Assembly (NCBI GenBank): GCA_951406725.2
Contig: OX597825.1
Location: forward strand, 53,506,001 to 53,570,000
Direction of reading: 5' to 3'
From: Octopus vulgaris
Lineage: Eukaryota
DNA: 64,000 nucleotides
Position numbers and translations under genes: made by a program. Below are positions 54,513-64,000 of this stretch, in pieces (positions within the stretch are counted from its first letter, which is position 1; every line of letters starts with the position of its first letter). The notes beneath the pieces are model-generated. The model was not told the DNA's origin. It saw only the letters and a program-made list of their open reading frames with translations, and ran no database searches.

Positions 54513-54636
54513 TGAAAGAAAGCAAATGAGGGACGTAAATATACATAAATATGTATAATTATATGTAGAGCTATGTGTGTCTGTGTGTGTGTGTGTATAT
54601 ACAGAGAGAGAGAGAGGGGGAGTCAGATAGATAGAT

Positions 54637-54686
<50 letters not shown>

Positions 54687-54756
54687 GGATATATATATAA
54701 ATATATATATATACGTATGTATTTATATAGATATTATATATATTATACATATATAC

Positions 54757-54829
<73 letters not shown>

Positions 54830-55887
54830 AATAACACGGACACACATACACACATACACAACACGAGCGTATGAATAAATAAATATGACGCTGTGTTGAA
54901 TGTGTGGTTTTATGTGCGTGTGATAACCGTTTTCATCGTACGACGTCAAGAAATCACTCAATTAACCTTTATCCAAAGAACAGGATTTAAGCTATTAATG
55001 CATCAAAAGTGAGATACTTATTAGAAGAGATAGAAAAATTGAACAAAAAGAAATGGACACAAAACAAATCACAAGAACAAAACACCAACATGAAGAACAT
55101 AAATCGTACTCGATATTTTAAATGAGCTGTTTTTGAAGTCGTTTGAGATTTTCAAGCAGGCGTTATACATATTTATATTATGAAGACCTTAGCCCACTTT
55201 TTTTACTTTTTATATTGGTATGTTCATAGGAGTGAGGGCAATTAGTTGATTTATATTAGTAAACTTACATAGACGATTGATAAGAAGGACTTTTCGGTTT
55301 TCCTAAGAAGTCTCATTATTATGTTAAAATAAAAGAGAAGTGACGCTCTTAAAACATTTTACCATGGATATACTATATAAATTGGCTATTAACGAAGTTA
55401 TCCAAGCTGAATACATACATATATATGCATAACAATACGCATCACACACACTGACGCGCAATAGGAAGCACATTTGCACATGTATTTAAACAGACATAAA
55501 CTTACATATACTTATGTGTCTGTGCCTATATGAATATGAATATGTGCGTTAGTACCCACATATAAGTACAAATTACTCAGTAAACATTTTCTCTGTCGTA
55601 CCCTCTGTCAATTTCTATATACATACATAGATACATACATACATACCTCTGTGTATGTCTGTAAGTATTTATACTGATATACATACACACGTATAGCGAT
55701 ATGTGTGTGTAGTCGCATAGACATATAAAGATAGGCTGAGATGGACAGGGAAATTATAAGATGAAAGTAAATGTGTTTCTATGACTATAAAGTATCAAGT
55801 TCCATGATCTTAACTTTCCTTATCTTATCACTAGTTCTTCCACGTATACTATATTCCAGGAAACAATGCCTCCTCTTCTACTTTTCC

Positions 55888-55996
55888 TTCTTCTTCTTCT
55901 TCTTCTTCTTCTTCTTCTTCTTCTTCTTCTTCTTCTTCTTCTTCTTCTTCTTCTTCTTCTTCTTCTTCTTCTTCTTCTTCTTCTTCTTCTTCTTCA
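55888..55996. repeat. (TTC)n microsatellite
   Basis: Direct reading. Confidence 0.97.
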
Positions 55997-56169
55997 AGAT
56001 GGGCACATCCGTAATGTTTCCTACATAACGGAGACAAATTTTTCCGAACAATGGCAAGTGACGCCAGCAAACTTTTAGCTTAATTTCATTTTCTTATCAC
56101 AACTACACTCAAGAACACTGGGTGTTCACGATAAATCATATCAACGAATATTGGATACTTTGAGGAACA

Positions 56170-57440
56170 TCCCGATGAACTAGGATGGGAAGTTTCATGT
56201 CAGCTTATGCAAATGACGACACTGTAAATGTATCAGAAATTGAGGTGGTCAGCACTACTTTAAGGGAGTACGAAGCGTGAACAGGATGAAAGATTAACGA
56301 GATGTAGGTAGGCCGGCAGCTCGGCATATGGGGTGTCAGGAACTTGTAGTCCGACAGCGTCACATGTTGCTGAACTATAAGGACAGTTAAATTGCATGGT
56401 GTTTGGTCGAGTCCAAACCTCCTTGTGAACAAGATCTGGCGGGAGATTTCGAGCAGGGTGACAGGTCTCAGCTAGAGATGGGTAGAGAAGATATCATTGA
56501 GGGCTCGAGCAGAGGTGACTTCTGTGACTATTGATGCACAAGTATGTACTCAGGATGCGACATCTGCAGCGTGCCTTTCACAACGAGCAGGCGTGCTTGC
56601 CGTTTGCCGCACACGATTTTCCGCCGCTCGTAGTTACAGTCCTGGATTAAGCATAGACCGAGAAAGGGCAATTGGTACCTGCAATGCCGACATGCGCTCA
56701 CAGCCCTTTTGTCAGTCGGACAATGCAGTCGGTGGAATTTCCACTCTAGAGTTCTATAGACATTAGCGGCGAGCAAGAGCGACGACATTTTCGTAGAAAT
56801 TCTTGTCATCGGGAGGAATCAATTAGCTGTTCTTATCTGTAGGACTTTCAGGTCGACGCCAATGGATAATTTCCAGAAATTCCTGCCTGGTAGTGATATC
56901 CGGAGTTCTGCCGGTCGGAAACAATCTCTACATGCACGGAAGTGCTTTCAGACAGATATGTCCGAGATATGTGCAGGGCGATGAAACTGTTATGCATTCA
57001 CTCGCCCAGTGTGCGGCGTTGCTGACTTGTGGAGCTTTTTCGAACAGCTATTGACGCGTATAAAACGGATCCGGTGATCAACCTAGTCCGCCATGAGGGT
57101 CACTCGACCGCCTAATTTTCTTCGCGTTTGACAGGCAGTTTTTCTCTATCTCGTAACTATGGCGAAAGAAGTAGTATGTTCGACGAAATTGAAAGTGTTA
57201 GAGAGAGATACTTTCTACTTCAGAAAGTCTTCATGGATTTGCAAGTTAAACAAGAAATTGCTGTGGAAACCGAATGCTACTACCAATAATTTTGTCGAAA
57301 GTTGTGTAAAGTGGCAACGAAGAATGGTCGTACTCTGAACACAAGCTTGTAAACTGGAGGGGTTGAGGAGTAGAGAGGTCCCTACATCAGGTGTCCTTCA
57401 CGGTTGGGATGACCAGAATGTGTAGAGTTCCTTGGTTATC
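56170..57440 (+). mobile_element. Decayed L1/Tx1-group LINE 3' half
   Basis: AYANDDTV (YADD relic, ~56205) and CPRY.C..DETVMHSLAQC (CCHC relic, ~56960-57013); GC-richer than the flanks. Confidence 0.65.
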
Positions 57441-57528
57441 CCTGGGTGGAATACCTCCCTATTACGGAATTTTTATTGCTGAACTTTTATTAATTGTTCT
57501 CGTTTTTATTGCATAAAGATAACTTCCT

Positions 57529-57854
57529 GTTCTATATTTAAGAGGTGAGCAATTATGTAAATTATTTACATTTAACGGATATTTGTCCTCATCATGTTTG
57601 TTGTTAACACAACGATTCGGCTGATATATCATCCAGCCTTCATCACGTGTATTGGGGAAATTTCGAACCTGGGTTCTCATTCTTAAAATATCTTTCGACG
57701 TTGTTGCTGTTCTTCTTCTTCTTATTATTATTATCATTATTATTATTCAGGACGCTGCTTGGAATCGAACTCTATATCTTGGGCTTAGTAACCCGCACTT
57801 TTAACCACTACGCCATATGCCCGTGAGCACTTATGGAGGAAATTTTAGGGCTTA
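57529..57854 (-). mobile_element. tRNA-headed, hammerhead-ribozyme-containing short retroelement, copy 2
   Basis: A box TGGCGTAGTGG (57805-57815), B box GAGTTCGATTCC (57761-57772), AAT tract, then TACAC-GTGATGA-A-GGCTG-loop-CAGCC-GAATCGTT-GTGTT; colinear with 17428-17734. Confidence 0.82.
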
Positions 57855-58481
57855 CCTAACAGCACTTGGACATCTTTTTGATGGGGCCAGAGTATAAGTG
57901 TGTAATCAACTGTCAGTGATTCAAGAAAACTAGTGACAGACACTCATCTAAAAGAATGCACTAGTATACTAATAAGAAACTTGATGGATATGTTGACCTT
58001 CTGTGTAGAAAGTATCTACTTCAGTATGGACACTGATATATATCACCAAGAGGAGGGTGATAATTAGCAAATTGAGATACTTTAATTTGACACGTGTGTC
58101 AAGCAAGGGAGAGAGGAAGTGAGATAAGGAGCTAGAGAGAGTGAGCGAGAGAAAGATAGAGAGTGAACTGAAGTTGATCCCTGGATATTAAATGCACAAC
58201 CACACACAGGCACACACACACACACACACACACACACGGATATGAATGTATGTGTGTGTATATATGTGTCTACAGACCAGGACAGAGAAGACGTGAGAGA
58301 AAGACAGAGAGAGAGAGAAAGAGAGAGAGATGACGTAAAAGAATAAAAGAATACGAGAAAAACGTTCCGTTCCTCCAAACCAAGAGGGTTCTCTGAATAT
58401 GTACGTTGTATTTTAAGGCTAAACAGTAATTATGTCATTGGTTTTCACTTCTGTCTATATTCTGTAACTGTCGCAATATAC

Positions 58482-58920
58482 TTTTCTACTATAGGAACAA
58501 GTCTTTTTTTTTTGTATGGTGATAGGGCGGGGGCAGTGGATTTGATCGAACCTAGCATGCAACTGATAATTAATTTATCGACCCCGAAAGGATGAAATCG
58601 AAAGTCGACGTCGGCAGAATTTTAACTCAGAACGTAAAGGCAGACGAAATACATCTAAGCATTTCGCCCGGCGTGCTAACGATTCTTATTTATTTATTGC
58701 CCACAGGGGGTTAAACACAGAAAGGACAAACAAGGAGAGACAAGCGGATTAAGTCGATTATATCGACGCCAGTGCGTAACTGGTACGTATTTAATCGACC
58801 CCGAAAGGAAGAAAGGCAATGTCGACCTCGGCGGAATTTGAACTCAGAACGTAGCGGCAGATGAAATACCTCTAAGCATTTCGCCCGGCGTGCTAACAAT
58901 TCTGCCAACTCGCCGCCTTT
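58482..58920 (-). mobile_element. SINE family B with internal duplication
   Basis: AAGGCGGCGAGTTGGCAGAATTGTTAGCACGCC head; body repeated. Confidence 0.88.
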
Positions 58921-58924
58921 AGCA

Positions 58925-59018
58925 ATCACAATATAGAAACATTTCTCATGGCACCAGCACAAAATTTACAGATGCCTCTATCATTTATATTTTCTGTGAA
59001 TTTTTCACGTGTCCAATG
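58925..59018 (+). mobile_element. Helitron 3'-end fragment, same family as the 13682 terminus
   Basis: Reverse complement of 13690-13777 (AACATTTCTCATGGCACCAG..; hairpin CTGTGAATTTTTCACG). Confidence 0.65.
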
Positions 59019-59125
<107 letters not shown>

Positions 59126-59139
59126 CATTATTATTATTA

Positions 59140-60140
59140 TTTAAGACGTCGCACAATATCCAATATCGTGATGTTGTTGATTGAAGATATTGTGTCTACC
59201 GGGGCAGACAGTATTTTACGCAATATACAGATTTTTGCGATATACCTACATTGTACGGTATTTCTAGTTTCCAGATCTTTCTTCAGGTTGGGTGACTTTG
59301 AAGCCAATACTTCAATGACAACAGGGACAACCCTTATGTTGGACACACGTCGCTGCCACATCTCGTCGATCTCAAATCCAACTTCTCCATATTTATCAAT
59401 CTTTTCTCTTTCTTTCATGATGTGTTAATCTTCTGGCACTACCACGTCAATTATTAGGCACTCTTGTTCGTCCCTCCTAAAGGTCACGATATTCGACCTA
59501 CTGTGTTCTAACAACTTGTCTGCTTGGAAGTCAAACTCCCAGAGTATTTTTGTTTTCTGTTTTCGTCCATTACCTTTTCCAGTGTATGATGGTACCAAGC
59601 ACCTGCTACTTCGTATCCATACTTCTAGCATAGTAGCTAGTGAAGGTTAGGGGCTACATTGTCCTCTCTGCGCTTGTACTCTTTCTGCGTAAGACTTCCA
59701 AAAGCACAAACAATCAGAGTCACGTTTTCGACCCTCTTCCCACACATTCTGCAGAAGTTCGTTGCAACTGTGTGGTAGATATCCCTCTTTACACTGTTGG
59801 TATTCAATGCCTGGTCCTGAGCAGTGATATTTAGGCTTCTTTCTTAGGTGACCCTTGCAGAGCCACCTCCAGGATGCATCCTGGTCTTTTAACTTGTAAG
59901 TTTCACGGTCGAAACGACCATGTAATTCCATGCTTAGCAGAGTTTCTTCTCTCTCGTTAGTTATTCGTAATTGGAATTAATTAGCACGCTCTAGTCTATT
60001 TTTAGTAAATCCTTCTGTATTAGTAGCATACAGTAGCAGGTCTTGTTCGCTGTTTACCAAATACTCTACTCTGTTTCTTCTTTCGTTGTTGATGCACTCC
60101 GTACGCTAATCAGCCCACGCCCACCTTTACACCTCTTCAT
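59140..60140 (-). mobile_element. 5'-truncated, decayed Dong/R4-like copy flanked by (AAT)n on both sides
   Basis: KGGRGLISV, LHGRF..SWRWL, AQDQALNT, CRMCG, KILWEFDFQAD, CLIIDVVVPED, EKIDKY; (TTA)n at 59019-59139 and 60143-60210. Confidence 0.85.
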
Positions 60141-60156
60141 GCATTATTATTATTAC

Positions 60157-60263
<107 letters not shown>

Positions 60264-60591
60264 ATCATCATCATCATCATCATCATCATTATCATTATCA
60301 TCATCATTATCATCATCAGCATCATCATCAGCATCATCATCATTGAATGAGAGAGTAGCGCATGCTATCAAAGTGACACTAGGAGACAAATATACGAAGT
60401 CCAATACATTCTTCATGGCATCTCGTTTGATCAAGTTACACCAAGCGCATGCATCACAACCATTTGTGCGCGATATAATGAGTTCATATCAAGGTTAACA
60501 GCGCCAGACCTTGCAGGTGGGGCCAGTTAGTATTTTCTTCAGGTCGGGTCGCCCATTCCGCTCAAAATGTCCCTGAATAAGGTTGAATGAA

Positions 60592-60697
60592 ATTTTGGCA
60601 CAAGGCTAGCAATTTGAACTCAGAAAATAAAGACAGATAGAACACCGCTAAGCATTTCCCCCAACCTGCTAACGTTTCTGCCAGCTTGTCGCCTTCC
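60592..60697 (-). mobile_element. SINE family B head fragment
   Basis: GAAGGCGACAAGCTGGCAGAAACGTTAGC...GAGTTCAAATT. Confidence 0.7.
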
Positions 60698-60744
60698 CCT
60701 TCTCTGTTCTCTTCTGTTGTAGCTCCTCCCCTTTTCCACCGTCT

Positions 60745-60850
60745 TATTGGGTTGGTGCATAATTATCGCAGCTTTTTTCCAACAAATTTTATTCAACGGA
60801 AACAATAACAACATGTAGCAAAAACATCTTTAAATGATTATTCCGGAGCA
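60745..60850. mobile_element. Mariner terminal fragment
   Basis: TA|TTGGGTTGGTGCATAATTATCGCAGCTTTT resembles Hsmar1/MADE1-type TIR TTAGGTTGGTGCAAAAGTAATTGCGGTTTT. Confidence 0.5.
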
Positions 60851-62001
60851 TGTTGAATGAAACACCCGTGCTTCCCGAGGTGATTTATTCAAACGCCAAA
60901 GAATTCCTCTCAACACATGGCTATGATGCTCCATGACTAGTCCTGCTCGCGATCAGAAATGCACATATTGTCAGTTGCTGAGGGACATGCTCAACTGGTT
61001 GAGGTCATATAAGTGGCAAGAAAATCTGTAGCATTGAGCAGAATATTTGCTGTAGCCCATCTTTTATACCAAGAAAAACACGTATAATGTAACACTTCCA
61101 ATCAGTTAAGATGAGAAGCCATGAGAGTCAGTTACTGGTATTGCATCAACGTGTAGTAGTAACAGTTTTTTTTCCTGCTGATGATGTCTATATTTGTTAT
61201 TAACATTATAGCTATTGCGTCATATTTCCTTCATTCGTAAACAAAAATATCGATAATGAAGCAAGTGACACTTAGTCTTACGTTCTTCACTTCCGGACTC
61301 TAAGGCAGGGAATAAGTAAATGTTGATGACTCCCGGTTCCGTGAAAGCGAGCGCAGAATAATAACGTCAACATTCAATACTAACATAGCAGCATTATCAC
61401 CAACAAATTCGCAAAACAACTCTTTCACCACCAACTAAAATAACGAAAATACTAACAATCTAACAACGCACGCAATAACGGGCACCACAAAATTTATCAC
61501 CACCAGCACCATCACGATCTTGACTTCCACGACCACCACCACCACCACCACCACCACCAACTACAACAACAACAACAACAACAACAGCAATAAAACAGAG
61601 ACCGTGTAAACGAAGATTATTTGTTCTGTTATTTTATTAAGAGTTTTTAAACATATATTTTGTTTTTTCGATGCTATAATTTCAGTAGTTGTTCATGTTG
61701 GAGTTATCGTTCCTATTATTGTTGCTGCTGCAGTTGTTTTTCCCCGTTGTTGATTTTTGTTTTGTTATTCTTATTAGTAACAATTGTTTTGTAATCGCTT
61801 ATGTTCTTTATATTCATTTGGTTTGTTAATATTGCAGTTGTTATTGTTGTTGTTGCTGTTGTTGTTGTTATTGTTGTTGATGATTTAGAACTTGTTGTTA
61901 TAATCACTTTTGCTGTCGCTGCCTGACATTTCATGACGTATAAACATCAATTAGAATGAATAGCTACAGAAAAAATATTAGAAATGGAAAACTAATAGAC
62001 A

Positions 62002-62042
<41 letters not shown>

Positions 62043-62131
62043 GTGGTGGTGGTGGTGGTGGTGGTGGTGGTGGTGGTGGTGGTGGTGGTAGTAGTTGTGG
62101 TGATAGTAGTAGTAGTATTAGTAGCAGCAGC

Positions 62132-62198
<67 letters not shown>

Positions 62199-62208
62199 AT
62201 AATAATAG
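62002..62208. repeat. Compound (CTA)n-(GTG)n-(TAG)n microsatellite
   Basis: Direct reading. Confidence 0.95.
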
Positions 62209-62344
62209 TATGAGTGTTGATAGCTATGTGGAGACAGCGGTAGAAGAGAGAGAAGTATCGGTCGGGAGTAGAATCAGAATAAAACAATTTGGTATAAGAT
62301 GATAAAATATAATATAAATGAAATATAAAAGGAAATGTATATAA

Positions 62345-62385
<41 letters not shown>

Positions 62386-63469
62386 TGAGTGGGCGAGTGT
62401 AAGCGGATGTAGGTGTATCTGCTGTGTGCTTCAAAGAGAAGGAGAAAGACAGGAAGTAAGAGAGAGCTAGAGAGAAAGGACAGTTTGAAAAACCGAGAGA
62501 GATTTCAAAACACGTGGAGAGGACACGAAGTGATAGTATCGAATACGAAAGTAAGAGGATAAAAATTATTTTATTTTTATTATAAACTCATCGCTAAACA
62601 GAATTCCTAGGTTCCATACCCTCAGGAGTACGAAAATCTCCACATGGAAATGTTATTCAAATGTGTCCGTTTTATAATTTTCGGTTTGCATGTGTGTTGG
62701 CATGTATGTGTATGTGTGTGTGTGTGTCTATGTGTGTGTACGTTTGTGTACGTGCGTGAGTGCGTGTGCATGTTTATGTGTATAAATGTGTGTATCTGTC
62801 TATGTGAGCACAGTGGGGGTTAGATGACTGGACCTTTATACATATATATAAATCTGTGTATGTGTATGGGTGTGGGTGCGCGTGCGCGAGCAGGCGTGGA
62901 TATGTCCCGAGAAAACGGCGCCTTACCTATGACCATAATAGAACAACTAAAAACATACAAAAGCATGTAAGATCAAATTCACTGTTTGTGATTCTGCATA
63001 GAACATTTCATCCCACATTACCTTAGCTGAACAATCTTTTAGTAAAATATACCAGTCTGGGCCTAAAAGGCATTGATTAATCTATACGTTAAGAGCAACT
63101 ACTATATAACGCACCACTGACCCTACCGATATATCGAGGCAACTGACCATTCACATTTAGATAACAAGAATAGATATTAGATCACATTCAGTCCGCTGCT
63201 CATCAATCAGTCAACCTAGCTGCAGAATTTACTTCATTAGGTAGACAGAAATTATAGAAGCCAGCCAGATTGATTGTAATTCAAATATCCAGCTATATCA
63301 CACATGTGTCACGCTGATTATACTTGAGAATTACGTTTAGCATTAAGGGTACATGTATCTGTGAAATATTGGCAAATTTGACCGTTAATTCAAAGTGCAT
63401 GTCATCTAGTTGATCAAATAACGGGAAGTCAATGCGTCAAGATCGACGAGGTATAACGTAGCCCACGCA

Positions 63470-63580
63470 CTCCTTTTCTCTATTTTCGATCGTTTCTTTT
63501 TCTTCTTGTTTACCATTTCTTTCAGAAGAAGAATACATGGTCGAAACGTTAATGATGTTTCCTTCTTTGTTCCCATTCCT
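63470..63580 (+). mobile_element. Penelope pLTR-like end with a decayed HHR-like motif
   Basis: CAGAAGAA-GAAT-ACAT-GGTC-GAAACGTTA at 63523-63551, same layout as 48579-48606. Confidence 0.45.
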
Positions 63581-64000
63581 TAGTTTAACCTAATGCACGC
63601 TATGATTGTCTTTGCACCTCGTCTTATGTCTATGTGCACTATATGTATGTGTGTATGTGCGTGTGTGTATGCATAGATGTATACATGTATATCTATATGT
63701 GTGCATGCATGTACATATGTACGTATGTGAGTATATGTACAGATTTGTATGTTTTGCTTTATGTATGTCTTCTCAAACATATTCTTGCATTTCTAGACAT
63801 GCTTATAGATACTTAGATGATAAACTTCTGAAATGTTTTGCAGATTTCTATATTTCCACTTATAGCTTGGATCTATAATCTTTGAATCGACTTTCTCCTT
63901 TCTGGTTTTGTGTAACGTGGTTTAGGCAGTGTACTACATATCCCAGTACCCCAATAATTACAGAGATAAACCTGAACTTGTAATCTGGATAGAGTAACTG

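Noticed and set aside
57750-57823. Functional tRNA gene
   Set aside because: Acceptor and T stems are imperfect and it is embedded in a dispersed repeat.

Overview
AT-rich, microsatellite-dense eukaryotic DNA with no recognisable host protein-coding exon, so it is probably intergenic or deep intronic. The SINE families and microsatellite load suggest an octopus/cephalopod genome (inference). The only long ORFs belong to a nearly intact ~4.5 kb R4/Dong-clade non-LTR retrotransposon (31398-35940: Myb-like, RT, CCHC and restriction-like endonuclease, one frameshift). It sits in an (AAT)n array beside further Dong-like copies. Other relics are a decayed Helitron with an intact 3' hairpin/CTRR end, CR1-, RTE- and Tx1-like LINE remnants, Tc1/mariner remnants, a Penelope-like GIY-YIG element, MITEs (one carrying TTAGGG repeats) and many tRNA-derived SINEs. 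The most unusual signal is a set of short non-coding repeats carrying minimal hammerhead-ribozyme-like (HHR) motifs: a tRNA-headed (Pol III) HHR element present twice, ~340-360 bp monomers in partial-tandem plus inverted arrangements, and ~255-285 bp fold-back palindromes abutting TA-rich microsatellites. Together these resemble a Penelope-dependent retrozyme system. All ribozyme calls were made by eye, most motifs have core substitutions, and activity is untested.
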